A DNA stretch of 64,000 nt, counting the filler, from an uncultured bacterium (GTDB lineage: Bacteria; Auribacterota; CAZIXI01), in NCBI GenBank assembly GCA_964543115.1. It is 6 parts of 6 records of this genome, joined end to end, with 100 filler letters (N's around TTAATTAATTAA, not from the genome) between each part and the next. Parts side by side here need not be neighbours in the genome. Positions count along the whole stretch, not along the records: positions 11,556 to 22,987 come from CAZIXI010000101.1; positions 23,088 to 34,507 come from CAZIXI010000102.1; 4 more parts are not named here. One strand, given 5' to 3'. Positions 17,801-26,931 of the stretch are shown one piece after another. Within the stretch, counting starts at the first letter, position 1. Every line of letters begins with the position of its first letter. The position numbers and the translations under genes are program-made. The notes below the pieces were generated by a model, which was not told the DNA's origin, did not search any database, and saw only the letters and a list, made by a program, of their open reading frames with translations.

Positions 17801-20800
17801 TGTTAAGGGTATTCTCCAACGCACCATTCAGGCCTGGCACACACTGCATCAAAACCAGGGCAAGTTAGGTGAAGCGCTGCCCTTTTATGAAGATCTAGTG
17901 AAACTGGCAGAAGACCCGCATTCACTTCTCCCCGCGGAGTCGATTGTCTATACTTACCTGTTTATGGGTATGGCCTACCTGGATATTGGTATGCCCCTCA
18001 AGGCGCGGGAAGAAATCAGCAACGGCATGAAAATAGCACCGGCGTTTCTGGCCAACTGCCTGCAGATTATTGGTGAAGCGGAATACCAGCTGGGCCACAC
18101 CCAACAGGCAATTGCCGCCTGTTTATTAACCGCGGAATTCAGCATCACCTTCGGGGACCACACCCAGGCGGCCAAGGCCCTGCTTATTTTGGAAAATATG
18201 CCCAGAGACGGTGTGGTGCTGGGCACAGCTCAGCTGGAAGATCTAATTAAAATCGGTCAGGCGGAGATGACGGCCATCAGACAAACTGAAGCTGATCTCA
18301 ACCCGCCCAACCTGCAATTACTCGATAAAATATGTAAGATCATCGCCGGCATAGACGATCCCCAGGCAACAAAGTTCCTAGAAAATTTATTTGAACAAGC
18401 ATTTATTCCGCTGCTGCTTAAATCAACGCCGGCTGTCCACAAGAAAAAGAAGAAACCCAAACCCAACAAAAAAGGGACAAAGAAAAAAGCCAAACCGGCG
18501 ATTAAGACACGTAAAGCCTTCCGAAAAATAAGCGGCATTCCGGAATTACGGGAACTATTTAGTGATCTAGCCGCATTGTTAGTGGAAAGAAAAGAAGCTG
18601 AACAAAAACAACAGGAAGATGAAGCAGCTGCCGAAGAAGCCTCTGTCGAAGAAGCACCTGCTGAGGCACCGGCACAACTAATGCTGGTAGCGGCCACAGC
18701 AGAAACAGAAACTTACGAGCCGGTAATAAGATATGAGCCAGCGGCGACAACGGTAGCGGAATCAGCACCAGAACCCGAGCCGGCACCAGAAACAGAACCG
18801 GAACCTGAGCCAGAACCCGAACCTGAACCGGATATAGAACAAATAGTTGCTGCCTGGGTAGCTGAGTTAATTGCTGATCCCTATTATTATGGCCCCCAGG
18901 GCAAACTCAGAGAAAAAATCGCCGCGGAAAATCCGCAGTCCGCGGCAGAAGTGGATACCCTGGCCCGGGAAGTGGAAATTCAACATTTTGTCACAACCTA
19001 CGGCGCCAATCTGGACCTGGCAGAGAAACGGATTAGGCGCATTCTAGCCTCCGCCGGTAAGAACCATTGGTCGGTTAAGGTGCTAAGAAGAGTCTTAAAG
19101 TATCTACCTTACGCGCTGATCACAGACAAACAAATAACCAGAACAATTAACCGGCATCGTAAGCGAAGCGGCAGAAATCCCCAGCCGGTATTGGATGCGC
19201 TTATGAACGAAGAAGCCAGTCAGATCTCCAATAGCAGCCCCATCCGTCTAACAACACCGGAATTGACCTCCGCGGTGATGGCCGCGCGCCAGGCAGTAGC
19301 AGCCGCTGCACAGAAAAACAGGAACCACAGCGCTAATTGGGAAATTGCCCTCACAGCAGTACGCGAAGATACTGAGCGCATCAGAAAGGAAAAGGAGGCA
19401 GCCACCCGACAAGAAGAAGAAGAATCCAGAGCACGCAGAAGAAAAACCAGGATCAAACACCTGCACAGGGATTATCCGGAGCTATCAACAGAAGAGATTG
19501 AAGAGTTATTGCCGGAAGAAGAAACCGACGCCTCCGCTGCTACCCGCCTTGCCCTGGAAGTGAGAAGTTTACTCAATCTGCACCTAAAGAAATTATATTG
19601 CTACACCGAAAGACAGCATCTGTTGCAATTTATAGCGCAGCGCCATCCCCAAACCAACGCAAAGCTTAAGCGGCAAGTAAGGGAATTAATTATCGCCGCG
19701 GAAACAGAATATGTCTTTGAACAACAGAAAGAATTATTTACCCGGGACAGAATAAGAAAAATAACCAAGGCGGCGCATTCCCGCAAATGGCTTCTTTCCC
19801 GCCTGCTGGACTGTTTAACGTATCTAGCTTCCGCCTTTGTCCCGGACGAACAGATAATCACGGTTTTTGAGGAGGAAAAAGCTGCCCGGCAAAAACTCCT
19901 TGCCGGCCTTGCGCGAGTAGAAATAGAGTCTATGACCGGCAGTTTCCCCGGCTTGACACCGGAACAGATAAAAACAACCCTCAGCCGTGAGCGCCGGGCC
20001 ATTCGGCAGGAAATTGACACCGGAACTATTGTTTCTGCTGACACCACAGCCAATATCAGCCGCGCAAAAGAAAAACTGCTTGCTCTGGAAGAACACGCTC
20101 TCCGTGGATGGGTTGAAACAGAACAATTAACAGAAATTGAACCGGCGGAAGTTGCTGCCGCCCTAGCCGCAATGCGCTCCGGAAATCAATCACTGACAAA
20201 AACACACGCGCGTTTAAGCAGCCTGCACACATACAGAAAAGGCAAACGGGAAACCTTGGCCGCGCTCAGGCAGTTCTTCCGCGATAAACGCAGCTATGTC
20301 CAGGCAATTGTTTTTGACAACAATATAGACAGCTTTGCAGACTACCTAACCAATAATGTTCTCGAACAGGTATGCCGGGAAAAAGAAACGATTGCCGAAC
20401 GCATAAAACTGGCTGATCAATTAATTGCCGGACTGGCCGTGAGAAAGGAAAAAGATAAACCAGACATGGGACATTTACTCCTAGTGCCGGAAACAGAGAT
20501 TACCAGGGCAATCTGCGCGGAAGAGAGAGTAAAACCGAAAAAGTTTCACCGGCTGCTGGCTAACTTCACTGAAATACCATTAATAGAAAAGAAACTGGCA
20601 CTGGTTTATGATCCTGTCAGTCAATCGCCCTGTTTCCGTATCTTACCGCGATTCCGGGAAGAGGATTTAAAGAATTTTGAAGAAAACTTGGGCAAAAGGA
20701 TAACCGCTCTCTTCACCTATTATTTCCGTGAAGGCATATTTACCGATCATTTATTTTCCATTACCAACGGAAAAGCAGTTCTGGACAGGCCCCTGCTAGG

Positions 20801-22007
20801 CAGCCTGCGGCTGGCGCTGCTGCCCTCACTGCGTCGGGCCTATTTCGCCACGCATGCTGAAGCGACAGAATCCTGGAGCGGAATATTCATTGAGCAATTG
20901 ACACTTTATCTTCATGACTACATGCCACTGGCTAAGGAAACGTTCGGCCGGGAAGGAATCCAGGGAAAAATACCGGAAATGCTTAAATGTCTGGCAGAAC
21001 AGGGCATTGATCTTACTGCAGGGGATATCCGGAGTAAGGTCAGGAAATATGCTATTCATTATTTAGCTATTGCCCTGGCCCGGCAATTAATTGATGATTC
21101 CGCCTACAGTGAAAAATTGAGGGCTGAAGAAGTATCCGAAATAACCTTAATTGCCCTGCTCAATGAAAAACCTAAGATAGCTATACTCGAAATACTTCCA
21201 GTCAACCAGTTTCAGTTGGATGCTGTGGACCCCACGGCACAGATAGCAGCAAGCGTTGAAGAACAATTAGCAGTTGAATTTAGCCCGGCCTTTTTGGCAA
21301 AGCTGACCGAAGACACCTGCACAGACACCGCCCTGCACGCGATTAACGAAACGTTATGCATGGATCATGGATTGATCCAATATTTCCTCAAACAGCTTCA
21401 GCAAGGAAAATTAACCGTGACAGTTGATGAAACGCTCATTGACCCGGAAAAAATAAACAATATTATCCGCCTTGCCCGGCAGGAACCGGATGAACCGGAA
21501 GAGGAAATGGATTTTCTCCAGAACCTAAAGGATGATCTGCAGGAAGCACTGATTATGGTATATCAGGAAGAATACCTTGAATGGATCGCGGCAATTACTC
21601 TAGAACTGGCAAAGGTAAACTTTGAGTCGAAAGTAATTAAGGTTGAAGAATTAATCCAGTTACTCGCTAATCAGCCACAGCATCCTATTTACCTCAATCT
21701 CCGCCAACTGCGGGAAAAAGGAATAGAATATCTGGATTTCTCCTGCCCGCGGCTGCCGGCAAACAAATATTTTGATTTCTTCCTGGAGCTGGCCGGCAAC
21801 TATGAGCTGGCGGAAAAAGAAGTAGAGATCTGGGATGAAATAATTATCGTGGAAGGCGCTGAAGAAAAAAGAGCGGATTTTGAAACCCGGATCATCCGCC
21901 GGGGAAATACGATTGTTTACGAAACCACAAAAATCCGCTTCCTTAAACCCGGTGAAAGACCGCCCTTCCCCAAACCGGAAGACTTCCAAGGTGAAACTTC
22001 AGTTTAA
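14820..22007 (+). CDS. Giant TPR-containing putative secreted protein (2,395 aa): signal peptide + LAPSS, TPRs, Lys-rich and Pro-Glu linker, helical C-terminal half, ends ETSV
   Basis: Hydrophobic N-terminus IIISVVLVISILVGG; clear TPR pair (PKDPYILSIMAQAL...EALPLAKKAVHLEPECGAAQLALARVLLALGNVPEALEYY). Confidence 0.88.
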   Translation: MCPIIKIIISVVLVISILVGGPTVTAQEFLAPSSMLPSLAAAYKYLKLYHILPVKLPENLTEILGNEDLPENPAVIALALNHYLVSSQHDNEAYTRLSNLAFYHLLRQIAPDYFRGEKKRDFEKIPYHQYLRSNQKSPLKKQLTNAQASGKHFEEFLMLHYARTHIALTEYAFHRGHYTEEQLIARYKLAQSGRDKPIKNSLFPEPAWKGLDYLWQHGSTDIQKKAIRLITFARKRTKALSDLIKVGTCPGEKEMAILEQLVKENPKDPYILSIMAQALSVANKSTEALPLAKKAVHLEPECGAAQLALARVLLALGNVPEALEYYETTISVLLDYYGIFGDQDLENMLNIIFGDLQDLKMPAEEKEKVQQELRIKYLEQIIERNIPAFSIAIGRLFEEITAYCVSHGSYEGKHELLEKAAAWLEPHKKQQPAEYVRVLEVLGESYRIKGETEAAITCYDNALSCPMSDVRRARILYGRTDYQGAIRYAEKSLAGGKESITEALVFRALGYARADLSIARAEEIFHWLAKASLLDHCEKSSSLEFYYLELAKIILGTITIEQESWPQARKILTGILRQALNFQGTNLAKTICDILTESDEYDLEKVAEVAEAVYQQENDPLIKTRAAKIRAACGEPVTEEKLLLSAAEAEEQFCRYTAGDVKEDVLASIRHSLERSGFENPDEFYRQLLVNYYLGKFPFLEARTVRRAIDLAREKHTTRETLYLSLAGLHKAKAEAIVTETGEYKDLFAQGNKAFSQAMIVLEAIFLEFPEITTAECLPQPRYQQAKQLLSRAQQLYEQALYGKNYRSSSLGYEAAVTILGEEAADLRKELMHYYNQIFLCPHISIPGIKKTIRLMDNGIDITEFVSFRSEPQQIIQIATILCLGKRYQRTIDFLFQHKSLMTKLANNYHYWLGRAHLGLSVSDEQEKATALRQLALSEKGRNTLGALLDTAFQYRTCGQLDDCKRVLKRIVKEIGAMKASGLTAEQLSEQQASVKGILQRTIQAWHTLHQNQGKLGEALPFYEDLVKLAEDPHSLLPAESIVYTYLFMGMAYLDIGMPLKAREEISNGMKIAPAFLANCLQIIGEAEYQLGHTQQAIAACLLTAEFSITFGDHTQAAKALLILENMPRDGVVLGTAQLEDLIKIGQAEMTAIRQTEADLNPPNLQLLDKICKIIAGIDDPQATKFLENLFEQAFIPLLLKSTPAVHKKKKKPKPNKKGTKKKAKPAIKTRKAFRKISGIPELRELFSDLAALLVERKEAEQKQQEDEAAAEEASVEEAPAEAPAQLMLVAATAETETYEPVIRYEPAATTVAESAPEPEPAPETEPEPEPEPEPEPDIEQIVAAWVAELIADPYYYGPQGKLREKIAAENPQSAAEVDTLAREVEIQHFVTTYGANLDLAEKRIRRILASAGKNHWSVKVLRRVLKYLPYALITDKQITRTINRHRKRSGRNPQPVLDALMNEEASQISNSSPIRLTTPELTSAVMAARQAVAAAAQKNRNHSANWEIALTAVREDTERIRKEKEAATRQEEEESRARRRKTRIKHLHRDYPELSTEEIEELLPEEETDASAATRLALEVRSLLNLHLKKLYCYTERQHLLQFIAQRHPQTNAKLKRQVRELIIAAETEYVFEQQKELFTRDRIRKITKAAHSRKWLLSRLLDCLTYLASAFVPDEQIITVFEEEKAARQKLLAGLARVEIESMTGSFPGLTPEQIKTTLSRERRAIRQEIDTGTIVSADTTANISRAKEKLLALEEHALRGWVETEQLTEIEPAEVAAALAAMRSGNQSLTKTHARLSSLHTYRKGKRETLAALRQFFRDKRSYVQAIVFDNNIDSFADYLTNNVLEQVCREKETIAERIKLADQLIAGLAVRKEKDKPDMGHLLLVPETEITRAICAEERVKPKKFHRLLANFTEIPLIEKKLALVYDPVSQSPCFRILPRFREEDLKNFEENLGKRITALFTYYFREGIFTDHLFSITNGKAVLDRPLLGSLRLALLPSLRRAYFATHAEATESWSGIFIEQLTLYLHDYMPLAKETFGREGIQGKIPEMLKCLAEQGIDLTAGDIRSKVRKYAIHYLAIALARQLIDDSAYSEKLRAEEVSEITLIALLNEKPKIAILEILPVNQFQLDAVDPTAQIAASVEEQLAVEFSPAFLAKLTEDTCTDTALHAINETLCMDHGLIQYFLKQLQQGKLTVTVDETLIDPEKINNIIRLARQEPDEPEEEMDFLQNLKDDLQEALIMVYQEEYLEWIAAITLELAKVNFESKVIKVEELIQLLANQPQHPIYLNLRQLREKGIEYLDFSCPRLPANKYFDFFLELAGNYELAEKEVEIWDEIIIVEGAEEKRADFETRIIRRGNTIVYETTKIRFLKPGERPPFPKPEDFQGETSV
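18768..18830 (+). repeat. Pro-Glu dipeptide repeat linker (PEPEPAPETEPEPEPEPEPEP) within the TPR giant
   Basis: Seen directly; codons vary between units. Confidence 0.9.
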
Positions 22008-22017
22008 AGATTTTTTA

Positions 22018-22060
22018 TCAGGAAACCAGGAATATAAAAATATTTTCCTGTCTTTCCTGA
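22018..22060. terminator. Inverted repeat between convergent genes; probable bidirectional terminator
   Basis: TCAGGAAA-CCAGGAA ... TTCCTG-TC-TTTCCTGA, flanked by a T-run on the left and an A-run on the right. Confidence 0.6.
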
Positions 22061-22084
22061 TTTCCTAATAAAAACCTCATCATG

Positions 22085-22840
22085 CTATCGGCGGCAATTC
22101 CACTCTTTTAAGCTGTACTTCGTTTCTGTTAACCTCTCAGCCATCTCCTGCTCCGACAAAGTTAAAGAACTCATATACATCTCTCCCGGCCATTTACTAA
22201 CAATCGCTTCCTTAACCGCCTGTTTATCCTTTTGGCAGATGGCCTGAAGATAAACCGCCCTTTCCTGCAGCAGCCGACTCATTCTTTCGTCGCTAACGTA
22301 TTTGGCCATTCCGGCAGCGTTATCATAATAGATATACCCCTGACACAAAATCCTGTTCTTGATCCGCCGAATGGCCATCCCGGCCAGCTTCTTGCCGCCA
22401 ACCATGATATCGCCGATGTTCGGGGAAACATAACAATAACCGGCGGCAGATTCTTTTTGCGGATGCTGACCGGCAGTTATCCCCAGATTGGCCAACGCCG
22501 CAATCAGATATTCCTGTAACTGCAAATAAATTGAATGAATATTATCGATTTTCTTTTGCGGGAAAATTACCGAATAGGTAAGATCGATTCCGTGGAACAC
22601 CACTCCGCCGCCGGTTGGCCGGCGGATAATAATGACATTGTCCTGATTACAAAGTTCCGACTTGAGGACTTCATCTACCTTCTGGCTGTAACCAATACTG
22701 ATTGCCGCTTGCGACCAGTCGTAGAACCTGAGCACAGGCAGGCTGTCAATCTTCATCGCCTGCAAAATGGCCTCATCCACAGCCATATTCAGATAAGCAT
22801 CATTATAACCAGTATCAAGCAGCCGCCATTGTTCACGCAT
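22085..22840 (-). CDS. Lipoate-protein ligase A / octanoyltransferase (LipM-like) family protein
   Basis: NMAVDEAIL, LRFYDW....ISIGYSQ, IRRPTGGGVVFH, DIMVGGKKLAG. Confidence 0.88.
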   Translation of the reverse strand: MREQWRLLDTGYNDAYLNMAVDEAILQAMKIDSLPVLRFYDWSQAAISIGYSQKVDEVLKSELCNQDNVIIIRRPTGGGVVFHGIDLTYSVIFPQKKIDNIHSIYLQLQEYLIAALANLGITAGQHPQKESAAGYCYVSPNIGDIMVGGKKLAGMAIRRIKNRILCQGYIYYDNAAGMAKYVSDERMSRLLQERAVYLQAICQKDKQAVKEAIVSKWPGEMYMSSLTLSEQEMAERLTETKYSLKEWNCRR

Positions 22841-22913
22841 AAAAACAGATTTACTTACTATAATTTAATGTATCCTGTTCCTTCCTTTTTTTTAAATTAT
22901 ACCACAATTACGC

Positions 22914-22941
22914 TTGAGTATTCAATCAAATGTGGTAAACT
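22914..22941 (+). promoter_or_regulatory. Probable sigma70 promoter for a divergent gene starting at 22950
   Basis: TTGAGT (22914-19), 16-nt spacer, TGg-TAAACT (22933-41). Confidence 0.45.
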
Positions 22942-22949
22942 TAATTGAT

Positions 22950-22987
22950 ATGAAAAACACTTTTATCTTTTTTATTATTATTTTCCT
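22950..22987 (+). CDS. First 13 codons of a gene with a signal-peptide-like start (MKNTFIFFIIIFL), cut by contig end
   Basis: ATG just downstream of the promoter-like sequence; basic then hydrophobic residues. Confidence 0.4.
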
Positions 22988-23087
22988 NNNNNNNNNNNNN
23001 NNNNNNNNNNNNNNNNNNNNNNNNNNNNNNNTTAATTAATTAANNNNNNNNNNNNNNNNNNNNNNNNNNNNNNNNNNNNNNNNNNNN
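22988..23087. other. Artificial contig linker
   Basis: 100-nt N/TTAATTAATTAA linker. Confidence 0.99.
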
Positions 23088-23088
23088 T

Positions 23089-26000
23089 CTCCAACCGGAT
23101 TCCCGCCGACTGATTCGTATTGATGTTGACGGGGAGATTATTCTTGATACGGTGTATCCGGATGGTTTGGTGGATAAGGAAATAAACGCCTGGTATGTTT
23201 ATCTGCTTACAGATGAAGAGGAGCAAAGGTTAACTGCTGATAAAACGGAAATTGACTATTTAGAATTCCGTGATTTTTCTACTGTAATTGCAGCAGTGGA
23301 GAAAGGGAAAGAAAATGAATATGCCAGTGATCTTAATATTACTTTAAACCGCAGTGGAATGAAGGAAATGATTCTGGCCGCTTTGGAAAGAAGCCGGCGT
23401 GGTGAGGCAAGACAGATAGCTAGAGAGTATGTAATTTCTGAGCGGAGAGAATATGTTAATGATTCTTTAACTGGATTAATCAATGAAGCAATGGTCATGT
23501 TAACAAATACCTGTGCTAAAGATGAAACCCTATCTGTTTATTGGGGAGAATTGCTGGAACGGGAGGATAATGTCACTGCTTCTTTACAGATCAGGGTTTC
23601 TGCCAATTTGCCAGCAAATTCCGCCCGTTATTTTAATCCGGAAACCGGCCAAGTAGAGATTATCTTCAACCAGGCCTTTGTCGAGGAATTATTAATCGCT
23701 GAAGATAGAAAAGTAGCTGCCTGGTTATTAGCCGAGCGTCTGTTTCACGAGTTAGGGCATGATAACGAGAGACGAGGGGCGACGGACGAGAGACGAGAAG
23801 AAAAACAATGTATATTAAAGGATCTTGCCCTGCACCAACTTGTGCACAGGTTGGGCCTCCAGGAAGAAATTAATAGCTACTTTACCCGGTTTAAATCATC
23901 TTTCCGCTCTGGTTATTATTTCCGGGATTTTATCCTGCAAGAGTTGATGCCGTTAGTGGGGGACCTGGAGGAGCTGATGACAAGGATAGATATGTATCTT
24001 GATGAAAATTACCCGGGAATTATTAGTGAAGGGCAGGTTAAGATGATGGGTTGGGAGGAGAAGGGAATGGCACGGGATATTCCAGCTCCGTTAGAGGATG
24101 AGCAATATTATAGCAAAGTTATTATCGGGCAGGATCACGAAGTGTTTAGTATACAGCCGGAGGCCGCAGCTTTATTCAGGGATGTATTAGTTCCCGCGTG
24201 GAAAGATTTACTGGCCAGGATTAAACAGGTGCTCAACCCGGATAACCGGCCGTTAAAAGGCGCCTATATTGGCTCCGGGCCTGACCTGTCGACGTTTATG
24301 CTGTTAAGCAATGCCCGGGTCGGCTATTTAATTACCAGGGACAAAATGAAGGATGCGGGGAAAGTCAATGATCGCGCGGCCTTAGAGCATTATCTTGCCG
24401 ATAAGCGCAGGGATAATAGCCATAAAAATATGCCGGCGATATTTACCTCCGAGACATACTTACTTAAGAATGATTTTGATATATTCAGCCCTTTAATCTG
24501 GGAGCTATTGGGAATAGGCGCCCGGGACATAGTCGTACGCCAGCATGAGACCTATCCGCATATTTATATGATTGATTGTCAATGGCGGCATCCTGCTGAT
24601 GACAAAATGCAGCCCCGGCGGTTTATCGTTATGTCGGAGACAGATCTTAATGATACGCAGGAATACCTGCCGTTACTTCCCGGCGGATTTGACTTCTTTT
24701 TGGAGAAGGCTTTATGGCAGTCTCTGGGAGAGGTTATGACTGATTTCAGGGGGTGGCTATTGCGCCGCCTGCGGCAGAAGGGATTAGTGATTACCGATAA
24801 CAACACCGCCTGGGGGGAAGGTTTCAGGGAGCGGATTCCCTTAACTGTTGTTGGTGAATCTGAGGCTATTCGCGCTGATTGTGATGAGGCGGCGCATTTT
24901 GGCCATAGCGCGCTGGCGATTGTGGAATATGATCCGGAATGCCCGCGAAATGTAGAGCCGGAAAGCTGGACGGATATTGTCAACAGAATAATCGATTGGC
25001 AGTTAAATAAGCCGGCGATGAAAAAGGCCAGGGCGATTTTACAGGCGGCGGAAATAGCGGAAAGGAAACAACTGCTGGCAGAATTAATAAAACATTTTAG
25101 TGAATACCGAAGCTATAATCGGACATATCGCTATGCCAACCTCTGTATATTTATCGCCATGATCGCTGATTTGATTCCTGCTGATTTTGTTGATCGGGTA
25201 CGCCGGGGAATGAAGAAAAAGAGTAGATATCATTATGATGATTATGACAGTGAGTGTGATGATTGGCCGTTTATAGCGGCAAAAGGCCTGGCTTTAAGAA
25301 TAATGGACGCGATTGCTAAAAATGAAGATCTTGGATTGTTAGGAGATGAACACGAAGGAAAGGTAATAGAATATCTACTGAACGCGGCGCTTTTGTTGAA
25401 ATGGGATACCCCTGAGTTTCGCGCTGAACTTAGCGCCCTGGACGCGTGGCACTATTCAGAGTGTTTGCGGGGAAAGGCGAAGTGTCTTTTGGCGAGATTG
25501 GAAAACAATGATGGGAGTGGGACAGTAACGGCGGAGGATATGGTTGCGGCGCTGAATAGGGATTATTTATTGATTTTTGAACACTGGGGAATTGTTTTTG
25601 ATACATCTCCCGGTATTGATGCCGCCAGCGGGGTTCGGGTTTATGAAGCAGCAGCTGGTTTTAATCAGGCACGGATACGGCAATATTTAGAAGAATTGAG
25701 GAGATTATTATTTGAGCAGCTCATATTGGCATCTTCTGTGGAAGCAGTAAAAATTGCTGATAAGGCATTTTACCAGGATGTGCGAGGAATTACCCTAATA
25801 ACTAGAGAGGAAAATTATGCCCTTCTAGTTCATACAGCTGATTATATATTTGTCCTGCCGTTGCTGCCGGAGGAGGAGATTTATGGTTATCAGGAGATAG
25901 ATGGTTCTTTTTATCCTGGCTATGAAAAATGGCCGTTATTGCCTTCGGAAAAGATAGATGCTGTTAATAGTCTGGTGAGAGAAATTCATGGTGGGAAAAA

Positions 26001-26745
26001 GCAAATCGTGAATTTAGGTTCCCTTATGGGTTATTGTCAGCTGCCCTCGTTCGAGCAAAGATTGATGAATGTGCTGTTAGTTTTGGATGCTAAGAATGTG
26101 GTAAGCAGGATATATATGCATTTGTTTGGCCTCTTGGCACTGGATCAGCCCGCGGAGGAGATTGATTTTAGTGCTGTGAGAAAGGTGCTGGATGTAGGTT
26201 GTGGTTCGGCGGTGCTTTCTCTGGCTGCTTACGAAAAGACAAAAGGCCGGGCGGAAATTAAGGCTGTAGATAAAGATCCTTTTGCCGTCAGGGTCGCCCA
26301 ACATAATGCCGCTAGAGTCGGGCTTGCTGATCGGGTAACTATTGCCGAGGGAGATTTATTCAGCAGTGATATTATTGGTGAAGAAGAAAGATTTGATTTG
26401 GTTCTCGCTTCTCTGCCGCAGGATCCGGGGGAACTAGCGGGGAGGTTTATTGAGGAGTTGCCACAGCATCTTTCTGCTAATGGCAGCGCCCTGGTATTTT
26501 TGCCGCTGGCAAAGTACGTTTCCCGGAGGGAATTGCGCGGCTGGCCGTTAACGCGTTTTAAGGAATCAGAGTTGGAAAAGCAAATGACGGCTAAGGATTT
26601 AGGGTTTGAGCGCTTAGAAAAAGTGGCATTTTTCGATCATAGTGATTTATATGATCTCTATTGTGTATATCTTATTCGCCCGGTTGTTGGTGTTGTGAAT
26701 ACGCTAGACAGGGTAGAAGAATCGCCGCTTGAAAGATCAGTTTAG
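23089..26745 (+). CDS. Large multidomain protein (5'-partial): HExxH zincin-like motif, a methyltransferase-like region, C-terminal class I SAM-dependent methyltransferase; ends ERSV
   Basis: Frame open from contig start. ERLFHELGH (23734-23760); GAYIGSGPDL (~24260); VLDVGCGSAVL...AVDKDPFAVRVAQHNA...EGDLF (~26180-26420, PrmA/HemK-like). Confidence 0.85.
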   Translation, partial: LQPDSRRLIRIDVDGEIILDTVYPDGLVDKEINAWYVYLLTDEEEQRLTADKTEIDYLEFRDFSTVIAAVEKGKENEYASDLNITLNRSGMKEMILAALERSRRGEARQIAREYVISERREYVNDSLTGLINEAMVMLTNTCAKDETLSVYWGELLEREDNVTASLQIRVSANLPANSARYFNPETGQVEIIFNQAFVEELLIAEDRKVAAWLLAERLFHELGHDNERRGATDERREEKQCILKDLALHQLVHRLGLQEEINSYFTRFKSSFRSGYYFRDFILQELMPLVGDLEELMTRIDMYLDENYPGIISEGQVKMMGWEEKGMARDIPAPLEDEQYYSKVIIGQDHEVFSIQPEAAALFRDVLVPAWKDLLARIKQVLNPDNRPLKGAYIGSGPDLSTFMLLSNARVGYLITRDKMKDAGKVNDRAALEHYLADKRRDNSHKNMPAIFTSETYLLKNDFDIFSPLIWELLGIGARDIVVRQHETYPHIYMIDCQWRHPADDKMQPRRFIVMSETDLNDTQEYLPLLPGGFDFFLEKALWQSLGEVMTDFRGWLLRRLRQKGLVITDNNTAWGEGFRERIPLTVVGESEAIRADCDEAAHFGHSALAIVEYDPECPRNVEPESWTDIVNRIIDWQLNKPAMKKARAILQAAEIAERKQLLAELIKHFSEYRSYNRTYRYANLCIFIAMIADLIPADFVDRVRRGMKKKSRYHYDDYDSECDDWPFIAAKGLALRIMDAIAKNEDLGLLGDEHEGKVIEYLLNAALLLKWDTPEFRAELSALDAWHYSECLRGKAKCLLARLENNDGSGTVTAEDMVAALNRDYLLIFEHWGIVFDTSPGIDAASGVRVYEAAAGFNQARIRQYLEELRRLLFEQLILASSVEAVKIADKAFYQDVRGITLITREENYALLVHTADYIFVLPLLPEEEIYGYQEIDGSFYPGYEKWPLLPSEKIDAVNSLVREIHGGKKQIVNLGSLMGYCQLPSFEQRLMNVLLVLDAKNVVSRIYMHLFGLLALDQPAEEIDFSAVRKVLDVGCGSAVLSLAAYEKTKGRAEIKAVDKDPFAVRVAQHNAARVGLADRVTIAEGDLFSSDIIGEEERFDLVLASLPQDPGELAGRFIEELPQHLSANGSALVFLPLAKYVSRRELRGWPLTRFKESELEKQMTAKDLGFERLEKVAFFDHSDLYDLYCVYLIRPVVGVVNTLDRVEESPLERSV

Positions 26746-26844
26746 GATAGCGGAAGAAAACCTTAGTTGATTTCTCATGCTGACAGCATGTATGTATATG
26801 CCATAGAAAAACATATGTGGACACAAAAAATATCGCTCCTGCTA

Positions 26845-26873
26845 TTGACAGAGACCATTTTATGTGTTATATT
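26845..26873 (+). promoter_or_regulatory. Sigma70-type promoter with extended -10
   Basis: TTGACA (26845-50), 17-nt spacer, TGt-TATATT (26865-73). Confidence 0.75.
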
Positions 26874-26931
26874 CTAATATAAGGAAGTGCTAATAAGGTA
26901 TGTGTTTTTTCCCGACTCGACGGGAGGGCAG

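Noticed and set aside
21993..22007. ETSV as a eukaryotic class I PDZ-binding motif
   Set aside because: ERSV and EQSV lack Ser/Thr at position -2, so the shared pattern is ExSV rather than the PDZ class I consensus.
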